From NCBI RefSeq assembly GCF_009914755.1, contig NC_060939.1: a stretch of DNA of 64,000 bases. The stretch is one strand, 5' to 3'. The notes under the pieces were generated by a model that saw only the letters and a program-made list of their open reading frames with translations, made no database searches and was not told the DNA's origin. How positions within the stretch are numbered: position 1 is the stretch's first letter; the number at the start of each line of letters is the position of its first letter. This document shows positions 1-15,769 of this stretch, piece by piece. The DNA is from the human T2T-CHM13v2.0 reference genome, Homo sapiens. A program made the translations under genes and the position numbers.

Positions 1-164
1 CACAGGGATGGCGAGCTGGCTCTGGGACCTAGGGCCTTCCCCTGCCACTCTGGGAAGTGAGGGTGCAGGGAGGAGTCTCTGGGTGTTCTGACTCGTGTCT
101 TCCTCCTCATCCTACTGTCAGATGACTCTCCACTGTGCTCCAGGGAGCTAGATTGAACACTTAC

Positions 165-361
165 ATATTCAGCTTTCTCGTGCAGTTTCATAATTTATTT
201 TAAGGATATTTCACAAGAAATTTATCAATGCCACCTTTTCAAAGACCAAAATTATATATGTGTATGGGAGATTTAGAATCTGGTGAAGATTTTAAAATTT
301 CAAAGAGCTTTATTAAATCATATGTTCACTCATATAAGTAACTGCATACAGATGCAACTGC
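165..361 (-). pseudogene. Pseudo-exon: AAA4 lid leading toward the stalk
   Basis: Acceptor cctcttttgtatctag, donor AT|gtaagtg. AVASVCSYLYE ~ AVVEMCVYIHQ; multiple stops. Confidence 0.65.
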
Positions 362-1080
362 CTAGATACAAAAGAGGTGACGCTAACAGGATACGTGTCC
401 ATGCAATGCCCTAAATCAGCGTGACCTGACACATCTCGACATCATGCTTCTCTTTCTCTTCCTCTCTTCCTCCGCCTGCCTACCTCTCCCATCCCCTCCC
501 TTCTCTCTTTGCTTCATTCCTTCCTCTCTTCCCTTTTCCCTCTCTCCCTTCCTTCCTTCTCAATCATTTCTCAGAATGATGAAAAATAGTATAATATAAA
601 ATATTTAGAACCATCACATCCTTTGTTTTGTTTTTCACTTAATTGAGAAAAGTTTGACTGACAAGAGCAAAATGGGGCAGGTCTTGCATTTTCCACACCG
701 ATTGCTTCTGCTGCCCTGTAGCATATCTGGAGCTGTTAATTACACCTGCTGACTGAAAGTTTTAATAAGTACTTCTGTGATGAATGTTCTTTTCACATCA
801 TTAGAAAATGTGTATTTAAAAAGAAGCCCAGCTTCAAACCAAATAATTACCTAGAATAAACACCTATTATTTTAATTGTTAGTAGGTTACAATTACTGAA
901 TCTTAGTAACTTTCATCTTTTCCAGAGCACGCTTTTTGAGTCCAGTGGACAACCTATTACTGAGGAAGACACTCTGACTTTATGACATATGACCTTCAGC
1001 CAAAAAGTGTAAGAAACTAAAATTAGAAAGTTTTCTTCATTTCATAATGACGACAAGACTGGTCATTTGAGTGGAAAGCT

Positions 1081-1319
1081 CAAAATCTGTCATTAATTAC
1101 CATAAAGATGGCATAGTTTGGAGTCAATGGCAAGTATATCCAATACCTTTTTCTCCCTCCAAGTCCTGGTTACTGGATGGACGACTGTGCTGGGCACAGC
1201 ACAAACACTAAACGGGAACATCAGCCCCGTGATCAATGGGACAGGATGAGCAAATGCCAGCCGTGTGCCCTGGAATTACCAGAGGGTGCCCACTACCCAT
1301 CACTAGCTCTATGACCCCA
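1081..1319 (+). repeat. Inverted duplication, copy 1 (239 bp)
   Basis: Reverse complement of 3545-3783, with about 15 mismatches and no indels by manual alignment. Confidence 0.95.
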
Positions 1320-1655
1320 GCCAGCCCTTCCCACTCTAAACTTCAGCAGGGGCGATGGCTGACTTGAGGCTGAACCAGCATTTTACAATTATCTGTCCAT
1401 GGATTAAGCTTCTAGGACTCTATGCCGATACTGGTTTTGTGGTTGTTTGTTTTGTTTCTTTGGGGGTGGGGCATAAAGAATTCAGAGAAGCAGAGGACTC
1501 TTCAAACATGCTCTGAAGGAATCAATAAAAATGAGAGCCATAGGTGTGTCACCGATGCTATTTGTGGAGTTTCTGTGATCCATCTCCTAAGTTATTGCTT
1601 ATGTCCATCTGGAGTTCAACCATACTGGATAAAGGCTACTGTGATCCACATTCAC

Positions 1656-1923
1656 TGCATTGGTTCTATGGGACAGGAATCATAGAAGTCACTTTTGAGG
1701 AGTGGCTGAGAAATTCTGATGCTACATAAAGCTAGCCACTGACAGCTGGCTACCCAGGCTGAACACTGTAATATTCAAAGAATCCTACAAAGGTTTCCAT
1801 AGATGATTTCAGCTGTCTTAGGAGTGGCTAAGCTGTTGACAGGACTGTAAAGCACAAATCTGTAATAAAACTTCAGCTCCTCTTTATTCTGGTTTCTTTA
1901 AGCCCCATTTTCTTATGCAGATC
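1656..1923 (-). pseudogene. Pseudo-exon: AAA4 LHIVL / WP..AL..VA..FL segment
   Basis: Acceptor ttattcctgctttag. One frame reads TRIKRS*SFITDL...TFVGFFEYYSVQPG*PAVSG*LYVASEFL ~ NRVRKNLHIVLCM...[30 protein letters not shown]. Donor uncertain. Confidence 0.65.
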
Positions 1924-2255
1924 CTAAAGCAGGAATAACACTCCTGGAATTGCCTCTCTTTTAAAAGGTTCACAGAGATTTCAACTCATATTTGTCCTCG
2001 CCACATTCCTGCAGAATAGAGATGGGTTGGTGGAATCACAAGGCCTCTTTATGAAGTGAGTTCAGTGGTTTGTAATTTCAGGACTGACCCAGGATGGCCG
2101 GGGTTAGTCCCAGGTCCCCCAGTGCCCCGCCTGGGACAGTCTTGGTCTCCTGCACCTGGCTTCCTGCGACCTCCATCGCAGACTTGCCCTGGTGACTCAG
2201 ATGCTTCTACACACACCACAGGAAAAGGGACAGCAAACGTGTACTCAATCACACC

Positions 2256-2971
2256 TGTCACCTGGAGAATGACAAGGTTCATAAACCTGAAAAAGAGAAC
2301 TTTATTTCTCATAAAGGGTCACAGCCTGCATGGCCATTCTGACAGGCTGGGAAGCTTGACTACCCACCACAGGCTGGAAACAGACACTTCCAGGAAGGGG
2401 CAAAAGGAACTGGAGTTTATGCAGAGTGAGGTGGTCAAGTAAACATGTTTATTAAGCTATGAGGAGTCACGAATATTTATGCAAGGAGAAACATTACACT
2501 TCATGCCTCATTACACGTCATGCCTCTTCTTGGGACCCATGTTCAAAAACTGGTGGCGTTAGCATGACCCCAGAGTGGAGTTTTCAGCCCTCTGACATCA
2601 AAAGGTGAGGCAGAGGACACGAAACCCCTCACTGTGCATCCATGTCAACCAACCAGAACCACTCTGTGCTGGGTGGTCCCCAAGCAGGAAGGAATGCTGG
2701 CCGGTTGTTCTGCTGAAATTACAAGGGAGAGGCCGCCTGGGGAGGCTGTCTGCCATCAGCGGTGAAGCCAGCCTTTCCAAAGGGCTGGTCTGTTTAATTC
2801 TTAAGAAAGAAGCCTAATCATGGTCAGCAAGGGAGGGACGATAACGAGGCGTGCCTGATCTCCCCTCCTGCCATGGCTAGGAAAGTTTTCAAGATTGCTC
2901 TAGGGTGCCCTCGGCCAAGAGGGTGTCCATTCAGTCAGCTGGAGGGCTTAGAATTTCATTTTTATTTCTCT
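2256..2971 (-). mobile_element. ERV1 solo LTR, MER39-like
   Basis: Reverse-complement homolog of the LTR at 37633-38345; begins tgtca and carries tttatt (minus-strand polyA signal) near 2302. Confidence 0.75.
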
Positions 2972-3077
2972 AACCTAAACTAACAGCTCTAAAATACATC
3001 TAAAATAGGGTATTGGCCATACCCCACTAGATACAGCTCTTTTTTTTACCAATCTGGAGAATGAGAAGGTACACGGA

Positions 3078-3350
3078 TTTTTTTTTTTTTTTGAGACAAG
3101 GTCTCACTCTGTCACCCAGGCTGGAGTGTAGTGGTGCAATCATAGCTCAGTGATCCTCCCGCCACAGCATTCTGAGTAACTGGGAATACAGGTGCATGGC
3201 ATGACACCTAGCTATTTTTTTAAACTTTTTGTAGTGACAGGGTCTCACTATGTTGCCCAGACTGGTCTTGAACTCCTGGCCTCAAGTGACCCTCCCACCT
3301 AGGCCTCCCAAAGTGCTGGGATTACAGACATAAGCCACCATGCCAGGCCT
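3078..3350 (-). mobile_element. AluJ-like, internally deleted
   Basis: polyT followed by gagacaaggtctcactctgtcacccaggctggagt ... aagtgctgggattacag. Confidence 0.9.
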
Positions 3351-3544
3351 GAAATTCTTGTACAAAAGCAGTTACAAAGACTTGGGGACAAATACATTGG
3401 AGGCACTAATGGTTTCATTCTAGGCAAATAAGAAAGAAACGGTTTCTTGACTACCAATAAGATTAATCCTGAGCCAAGTCAAATTATCACTCAGCCCTGG
3501 CCTGTTGGTGTCGGCATGGACATTAGGACAAAACGTAGATCAGG

Positions 3545-3783
3545 TGGGGACATAGAGCTGGTGATGGGTAGTGGGCACACTCTGGTCATTCCAGGGCAGA
3601 CGGCTGGCATTTGCTCATCCTGTCCCAGTGATCGTGGGGCTGATGTTCCCACTTAGTGTTTGTGCTGTACCCAGCACAGTCGTCCATCCAGTAACCAGGA
3701 CTTGGAGGGAGAAAAAGGTATTGGATATACTTGCCATTGACTCCAAATCATGCCATGTTTATGGTAATTAATGACAGGTTTTG
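3545..3783 (-). repeat. Inverted duplication, copy 2 (239 bp)
   Basis: Reverse complement of 1081-1319. Confidence 0.95.
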
Positions 3784-3859
3784 CATAATTCCTTGCACCA
3801 GAGATCAAAATTCTTGCTCTGTTTGATTCTGGTGCAAGGAATTATGCAAAACCTGTCAT
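3771..3859. repeat. Quasi-palindrome / hairpin with perfect 32-bp arms
   Basis: 3771-3802 (atgacaggttttgcataattccttgcaccaga) is the exact reverse complement of 3828-3859. A further 6 bp pair after a 1-nt bulge, leaving a 12-nt loop. Confidence 0.97.
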
Positions 3860-4930
3860 CATTAAATGCATGATTACATCAGTGGTGATGCAAGAGTTCT
3901 GGCCAATCGCATTTGTTCTACAGATCTCTTTCAAACCCCAGCTGATCCAGTCCTCTTCTCCCCTCCCCACTCACTCCCCCTCCTCCTGTTCGCAATGCAT
4001 CTTCCCATTCCTGGTCCTTATTCCCTCCTCTCCCTCCCCTTCTTTTTTCTTCAGGATTCTTTTAGCACAGGTTGGACAGCAAATACCTTCTCAGCTGGTA
4101 CTGAGACACTGAGTCCCAGTCTTGCTCTCCCTGCTCTGTTTTCATTTCTATCTTCTCAAACATCCCTTAGGTTTCTCTTGTTTTTTCCCTCTTTTCCCCT
4201 TTTTAATATATGAGTTTTGTATATGAGTTTCTATGGTAACATGAAGCAAAGAAATGATTTCTTTATAAATTTCCTGGTACGGAAGGAAAGAACCATCAAG
4301 ATGCAAAGACGGGGAAGAAAAAAGAAGCCTGAACAATAGAAAGTAAAAAGGATTAGGGGACTTCACATGGGTGAATCCCAAAAAGGCCACCCCAGGGAGC
4401 CTCTGGCCCTATTAGCATCCCTTCCATTCATTACATCCACTCTGCTTCCAGGCAGCTACCTCAGCTGAGCTAGCAGCCTCTCAGAGTAAGGAGGATAGAT
4501 AGGAAGCGAATGACCCATGGCGAAGGGAATTTGCAAGCAGGTTCTTCAGGGAAGGGAAGGAAGAAAAAAAATTGAATCACAATTTGTTTAATGACCTAAT
4601 CTCATGAAAAAGGAATTACAAGAAATAAGGTTACTTATCTGTTCCTTCCCTGGGGGTTCTTCTATACTTAATTAATTTCCTACCTACTGATATCAAGACC
4701 CAATTTTTGGGTCATTTCAAAAATTCTCAACAAGTTGAGAAAACAAAGAAAACAAAGAAAGAAAGAAAGGCCTTGCTAGTAACTCAATAATCTGCCCCAC
4801 AACCCATTCCTTATGTGCAGCTCATGGATCTTACAAATATATTGGTGTATCTTCCAGTTTTAGCATCCTTAATCAAAATGTATTATTTATATTGTATCTA
4901 TTATAACTAACCTGCTCACTGGAGCCTTAC

Positions 4931-5245
4931 ACCAGGGTCATGTGTTGGTTCAAGTGGCTGTGATTAGAATTTACTGATTCTTCTCAGTAGCTTGCCACAA
5001 ATCAGTCTATAGTAAATTAGACTAAAGAGAACATAATTATAAAAATTAGAATTGAAAATAACCCAGAAGAACATATCAACCTCTGCTTCAATACTTCTCA
5101 CATTGATCAACTCAATATTGACGGGCTTCAAGCCAAGTGTCTTTTCTGCCATCCAAACATGAATTAATCTCATGGAGGTGATCTTTCTCTTCTCAGAAAC
5201 AATCCCTTTTCTGGTTTGTGGTTGTCTAAGAGAGAGGGTATCCAA
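4931..5245 (-). pseudogene. Pseudo-exon: AAA3 lid
   Basis: gtatttcag| ... GT|gtaagg; 315 bp, 93 open codons; MRLIHVWMAE ~ LIRLW.HE. Confidence 0.65.
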
Positions 5246-6411
5246 CTGAAATACACTTTAACATTACAACAGAAATAAGAGACCAAACAGATTGCATGCA
5301 GGAGGAAGGTAGTTACAGCTAAACTACCTTTTCTTGGTGGCAGCAGAAACCTTTTCAGATACAAAAGTTCCCATGTTTGAACATCACAAAGATCTCCTTT
5401 ATATTTCTGTGAAATCTTTAGATATTAGTATTTGGTAAAACAATCAGTTATAGTCCAAAAGTAATTTTCTATCCCGCCAAGACTGTAATCAACTCAAAAA
5501 AGCAAGTATTTTGACTCTAGCTTGGAAGCTAGAGATGGCATTAAATTGTGATTATTAATTCCCTAAGTTTTGCACTCAAAGGCTTATGTTCTGCATCATG
5601 CATGGCTGACTACTATTTGGAGGTAGCTGATAAGGATACATGCATATTTACTTTAGTCACAAGTCTACATGTGATAATCCCAATAGCTTTTGCAATGAAG
5701 GCAGAGAAAAAAATCTTTTTCGTATTATTTATACTGCTTTGATAATGGTATAGTATAAATGCATGTACACTAGGATGCTTTGTGAATCAGAACTACACAC
5801 AATCAGACCAAGAAATCTCGTTTTACTTAGCCTAGTTCTAATGTTTCCAATTTTGAGAAAAGTTCATTTCTTTTCTATTGGACAAAAATTTTCCCTAAAG
5901 AGCAAAGGATTTAGATCCGAACTTTAAGAAAACTATTGGTTACACAAAGGATTGAGGGAGAATATATGCAAAAATTAGAGTCCATGAAAACCAGAACTGC
6001 ACAGGAAGATCTCTCCCGCTCCCAGGCTCAGACGTCTTTCAAATATTAAGGATCTAATGTCACAACAGTTCCAGCTGGCCAAAATAAACCCATACCAATA
6101 ATCTATAAACAGGGATTTCTCATTCTAAAGAGCCTTTGTACATTGTTTTACTTGACTCTGACAAGAATCAGGTGAAGAATACATGTATCAGTAAATGTTT
6201 TCACAGGTAAGAAAATCCAAAGCACAGAAAGATTATTGAGTTGCCTGAATTCACTCAGCTGATTAATGGCAGAGCCCCAAGCTGGCTCAGCGTTCCTAGC
6301 AGTCTCTAAACGTTTCCAGAAAAATGAAACAGCAAGAGGAAACATAAGAGAGGAAATGGAAAGGAATTTCCCCTGCGAGATCATGCTAAATACACAGGCA
6401 CTTCATGTGCC

Positions 6412-8766
6412 CTTGTTGGCCTGGTATGAGGAGTTCCACCAGAGCGGTATTTCCACCACATGAGAGCTACACTTCACACTCCCAGAGGAGGTGATCTTGA
6501 AACCTCTGGCAGATTTCTGCCTCCCACTCCAACATGTAAAGAGCCTGAAGTTCATCACTCCTGTTCTCACAACAAGAAAAAAAAGCTGAACAAACAAAAC
6601 AAAACAACTCTTATTAGATCCATCCAAAAACTGAATCCATAGGACAAAGCCCTGAAAACTGGAGAGAGAGAGAGAGAGATAGATACAGAGAATCATAGCT
6701 CACTAAGAGGGGAAACTGCCGCTGTAGCCAGCAACTGTTGGGAAAACATACTTGCTGAGATTGTAGATGGAGCATAGCCTACCTTGAGAGTTAAAAATTC
6801 CTGGGGGCCCAGTCTTAGGAGAGCCCCTATACTTTTGAGAGTTTTTCCCACCAATAGGCCCATCAAGTTCTCAGATGAAGACTACAGAAAAATCCCCTTG
6901 TTCTTCCAGCAGGAAGAGAGGAAAAGAAATCATCTTCCACTGGGCTCAGTGGCTCACACCTGTTCTCCCAGCTACTCAGGAAGCTGAGGTAGGAGGATCA
7001 CTTGAGGCCAGGAGTTTGAGAACAGCCTGGGCAACATAGTAACATATGTAACAGCCTGGGCAACATATAAAAATTAAAAAATTTTTATAAAAGAAATCAT
7101 CTTAAAATCCACCCATAGAGCCTTCTTCCCTTAACAAAGGCCTATCTGCAAGGATAACTACTTTACTAGAGCCTAACCAATATGGGGGAAGGAAAGTACC
7201 TGATTCCAGACAAATCTATTCTTCTTCTCTCACTTAACGGGGAGAAAAAGAGCTGAGAAGCACTTGTGAAGGTCACAGGCCAGGGACACAGACTTACTAA
7301 AAACTGTGACCTAATCACAGAAATATAAAATACTTCTCCCTGATACCTTACCATGACCCCAACAGGGCTCTTGTGTAATAACAAGGAATCACCACTGAAG
7401 AACTGAAAGGCTCAGATTCTATTTAAGAAGGAACGTCTAGAGAAGCCCAAAGACAAAAGAGAAGACAAAAACAAGAACACTAGATGAAACTTTAACCTCT
7501 AACATCTACAGCTACAGCAAAGAGTAAATACACTTGAACCCCTAGCCAGATAAATATAAAGCCTCACTCTAAAGACTGATTTAACTTAGTTCTCTTTATC
7601 CAATGCATCATGTCTGGTTTTCAACAAAAAATTACAAGAGGCTCTAAAAAGCAAAAAACACAGTCTGGAGACAGAGTCAGCATCAGAGTCAGATTTAGAT
7701 ACAGCAGAGATTTTGTAATTATCAGACAAAAAATAAAAAATAGCTATGACTAATATGCTTAGGGCTCTAATAGAAAAAATGTGCACAGTATGCAAGAACA
7801 GATGGGTTATGTAAGCAGAGGGATAAAGACACTAAATAAGGATTGAAAGAAAATGCTAGAAACCAAAAACACTGTAACAGCAATGAAGAATGCCTTTGAT
7901 GGGCCCATCAGTAGATCAGACATAGCTGGGGAAAGAATCAGCGAGCTCACAAATATGTCAATAGAGACTTTTCAAACTGAAAAATAAAGAGAAAAAAGAC
8001 ATTGACAGAATATCCAAGAACCATGGGGCAATTATAAAAGGTGTAACAAACGTATATGTAATGGTAATAACAGAAGAAAGACAGGAACTTAAGAAATAGT
8101 CAGTGTAACAATGGCTAAGAATTTTCCAAAATTAATGACAGACTAAATAGAATAAATGACCCCCAAAAAATGTACACTTAGGCATATCATATTCAAACTG
8201 CAGAAAACCAAGGACCGAGAGAAGATCTTCAAGAAAGTCAGAAGGAAAAAACACGTTGTCTATAGAAGAACAAGGATAAGATTTATACCGGACTTGCTTC
8301 CAGAAACCATGAGAACATACAGTAGAGTGAAGAGCTGGAAGAAAGTCAGAGGAAAAAGGATAAGAACTACATCAAATTTTCTTTCAGAAACCATGAAAAC
8401 ATAGAGTAACATAGTTCAATTGTTGAAAGAAGATAACTAACAACCTGGAATTTTTTATTCAGCAAAATTATCCCTGCAATGCAAAGGAGAAACAGTTTCT
8501 CACAAACAGAAATTGAGGAAATTTGTTGACAGTAGTTCTGCTTTGCAAGAAATTGTTAAAAGAAGTTCTTCAGAGAGAAAAAAAATTTACATAGGTCAGG
8601 AACTCAGATCTGTATAAAGAAAGGGAAAGGATTAAAGAAAAAAATAAGTGATGGTAAAATAAAATATTTTATTTTCCTAATTCTTAATTGATCTAACAAA
8701 TAACTGTTCAAAATGATAATAGCAACAATGAGTTTGGTGACTACAGCTTCTGGATAGGTGAAATAA
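6412..8766 (+). mobile_element. Old L1M element, 5'UTR and ORF1 region, 3'-truncated
   Basis: A-rich; 8156-8404 translates to TLRHIIFKLQKTKDREKIFK, typical of L1 ORF1p. Left boundary approximate. Confidence 0.85.
6940..7090 (+). mobile_element. Alu monomer (FLAM/AluJ-like)
   Basis: ctgggctcagtggctcacacctg ... ggatcacttgaggccaggagtttgag. Confidence 0.85.
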
Positions 8767-8796
8767 GCAAAACATCCTGGAAGTTCTTCCCAAATC
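8767..8796 (-). pseudogene. Pseudo-exon stub (AAA3 R..R.F motif) abutting an old L1
   Basis: Strong acceptor ctctctgttttggcttctag, then DLGRTSRMFC (~ PRLQRHFCVF). The sequence becomes L1M after about 30 bp. Confidence 0.4.
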
Positions 8797-9219
8797 CTAG
8801 AAGCCAAAACAGAGAGCAGAGAGGCTTTTCCTTGATACTGAGACAGTAAATCCAAGGAAACTGTATCTTCAGGCATGGAGAGGCAATTTGTCTTTTCTTT
8901 CTGCCTATGAAAACTCCCAAAAGTCTTTTCTTCCACGGTAGGTTTAAGTAAGAAATTAGTAAGTAAATTCTACATGGGGAACCATGAAACAATACGAAGC
9001 AAAACCGGAAACAAAAAGCAACAGTGTTTGGAAGCTGAAATTATTTCTCTCTAAGATGGAAATTTTACATTCTTTGAGGTCTCTTCCCATATTGGACTTA
9101 TAGGAATCTAGGTTATAAACATCCTTCCTCCTCCAGCTTATTTCCACAGGTGCACACATACTGATAAAGTAAACAGTGCAGTCTCTGTCACTCTGTCACA
9201 TACTTTATTTTTTTTTATT

Positions 9220-9445
9220 TTAATAATAGTCACCTGTTTTTAATGCCTCCTGTGACTAGGCATGGTGTTTAGCATTTTGTATATACATTTTCCCATCTAA
9301 ACCCCGCACACCTTTTTAAGATAGGTACTACTGCTATTACTATTATAATTACTGTTATTATTATCATTCAAACAATGAATAAACTGAGGCCCGATGACGT
9401 AGAGCAGAAAGGTGCAGGATTGCACTCCAAACTTTGGGACCTGCA
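9220..9445 (-). mobile_element. MIR
   Basis: Degenerate core atgaataaactgaggc and flanks. Confidence 0.6.
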
Positions 9446-11236
9446 ATCTTACCTCCCATATACAGGTAATCATCTTTTCCTGGGGACAGAGATATGCTAT
9501 GCCTGGTATAACCCCATGTACTCAGTCAGAATGGATTTTCAATACAGCAAACCTGTATACACTCTTAGCTTGACACTGGATCAACAGTTACCTGAATCTA
9601 GACAGGGGTTTCTCTTCTCAGGGTCCCAGGCAATCTGACTCTTGTCTCCCCAGCAACCAGCAGCCACACTGCCTTTTGCCACGTCGACCCATTCACCACA
9701 CTTAGGCTGGAACCTGCAGAGGGTCTCAGGGACCCACAGTACAATCGAGAGTACCTGAACACCAATGCGGGTGGGAGACTTTGATGTCAAAGTGCTCCCA
9801 CAAAAAACTCGCATATGAAGCATGTGTGCTCTGTGACCCCTGGCACTGCAACACTGGGCTACTTCTGACATTGCAATATTGCACCCCGACAATGGCCAAC
9901 ATGCAGTGAATTTAAGGGAATGTCAACAAATGACAAAATCAAATTTAGGGAATTTTTTTAAAAGAAATGATACATCAAAACTTGTGCTTTAAACACATTT
10001 ATATCCAAACCCACAGAGTTGTTAAGAATCCTTGCAACATACAAGTCTCTTCTGGCTACTTCCACCTACTTGTGGCCTTGCAATTTCAGATCCCCACAGA
10101 TTCCTTAGAGTGCTAAATGCATGGAAAGTGTAATTCTAAGATTTCAATTATTTTTAAGCACAAGATTATGAAAAATGTTTCTTAAGAAACACATTACCCT
10201 AAGTAATGATCTATTCTCAAAGGGTAAGCTTTTCCTTATTATTAAAATAATGTGATTTTCCTTTGAATGCCTTGGAAATAAACATAACCTATATGTGCTT
10301 TTCTTTAAAAAAGTAAATTACTAGATTTCTGCTTGAGAAAGAACATTTTCTGGAGAGAAGCAAAGTCTATCAGCACAATCTGTTCAATGACCAATGAGTC
10401 AATGTCTCAATCCCTGACCACCAAGGGTAAGCCTCCTACCCCTGCTGAGAGTGGCCTCTCTCCTTCCCTCCACCCTGGCACACTCTCTCAGGTCCTTCTC
10501 AAGTCCTCCAGTGAAGCAGGACCTCAGATAATGCAGGAAGAGGGAGCACATATGCCAGTCCATACCCACATTCACCCTTAAATGCTGCTTTTCAATTCTC
10601 ATCCCACGGCTTCAGAGAGAGTGTGCAAAAAGTCCAATGTGTCCCCTGTCCCCTGGGGTTGAAAAAAGGGACTGCAATATCTCTTTATATCCCCCTCCTC
10701 CAATCCAAACATTTTTGAGGTCACTGAGCTGGTAAATCCTGCAAGCCCTCACTGAAGAAAATTGGTCTTAAATACAAGCTTCTTGAGGACCAGGCAACCA
10801 CGCTGTGCTCTCATTTGTTTCTCCACGTTCACTGTTTCTCCCAGCAGAACTCCGGGCTCTTATCAAAAGAGATGCCACCAAATACTTTTATTTTTCCGTT
10901 GAATTACAGATCTATGAAATAATTTAGAACTCATCTGGCATTTCAACTTACCCCACCTCCCTCATCATCTTAGAGCTGATCAAAGGAGTCCCAGCTCATC
11001 AACTAAGCAAGCCTCTGTGAATCATGCCCAGCAAAAGAGACACAACAGCCCCCGTGCAATCTGCACAAAAGACAGATGCAAAGGAAGCTGCCAGGTTAGC
11101 CTCCCAGACTGCCAAAGAAATGTCAACTGATTATACCCCAGGAGGAAAGCGGACAGATGGATTGACATGAATAACGTCATTAGCCTCTTTGCCTCTGAGA
11201 ATTAGAAACAGGGAGAAAATGCAATAAAGTGTTTAC

Positions 11237-11344
11237 CCATAGACTCCACAACGTTAGGGTCGGGTAATATTTTGGTTGCTAAAATATTGCTAAAAGATGT
11301 ATTTACTCTTTATTACATATTCTTCCATTTCTTTTGTGAACTGG
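11237..11344 (-). pseudogene. Candidate pseudo-exon (AAA3, WK.I segment)
   Basis: aattcatag| ... GG|gtaaac; SSQKKWKNM...ILAT reads in phase with the 19259 exon. Confidence 0.4.
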
Positions 11345-12079
11345 CTATGAATTCCAAAGTGAAATCTATTAGAATTCAATGGATCATCTTGTGACCACAC
11401 TCAGGGAATCACAATTATATACACATTTATAGGGTACTGCTCTGCAAACATAAACAACATTGTGACAAGGGACATGCAACAAGAAAAAAGGAAGAGATTC
11501 TTTAAATGTTCAAAAGGATAAAAATAGAAAAGAGAAAAAATTTTAATGACAAAAAGTATACATCCAAGAGAGAAAACAAATGATAAAACAGAATGAAGAG
11601 GGAGGGAAGGGGCAACGTTAAGAGAGGGTCTGATGGGAGATGAGCGATATTTATGGGGCTAATCCTCCCTCTTTTGGGCTCATTATTGCCTTTCCCCTGT
11701 CGCTCCCCAAAGGCTCCCGCCTGGCTTGTGTTCACAGATGCATGTTTATTCTCCCTGCACTCAGCTGTCAGAAACTTCATCTGTTAAAATGTTAGCTTCA
11801 AAGACTGTGAAAAAGAAAGCCGATATAGTAAATCTAATTCATCAACTAAAACAATGACAAAAACATAACATTTATTTTTGAGTGAGCTATGTTGAACCTC
11901 TATAATAGTGACATAATTGCCCATTTTAGATTAAATAATTAAAATTTTAATAAAACTAAGAGAAAAAGGAACGTCATTCATATAGTGTGATGAGCGTTTG
12001 ATTTTACATTAAGTTAATGTTATGAGAACAGTGAAAAAAAGGAAAAACGGACACAAAGTGCATTGAGAAGCAGGAATAT

Positions 12080-15769
<3,690 letters not shown>

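Larger units (their letters stand above)
3455..4230 (-). pseudogene. Large pseudo-exon: K/E-rich insert plus AAA4 P-loop
   Basis: Acceptor ctttgcttcatgttaccatag. DVIMHL ~ DAIEHV; RARILISGARNYAK aligns without gaps to RGNALLVGVGGSGK. 3' end uncertain. Confidence 0.6.

Noticed and set aside
926-1008. Plus-strand exon-like block (catcttttccag ... gtaaga)
   Set aside because: Isolated, with no partner exons or coding signal; such motifs arise by chance.
3828-3859. Resemblance of the hairpin arm (gtgcaa...tatgcaaaac) to miR-19
   Set aside because: Spacing and seed differ, there is no miR-17~92-type cluster nearby, and the arm is explained by the dynein P-loop codons.
6151-6305. Possible AAA3-lid pseudo-exon, plus similar weak blocks near 10.7-10.9, 32.9-33.1 and 43.4-43.6 kb
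   Set aside because: Plausible position or one good splice site, but no convincing motif, so not called.
8156-8404. ORF with nucleic-acid-binding-like composition
   Set aside because: Fragment of L1 ORF1p from a dead L1M.
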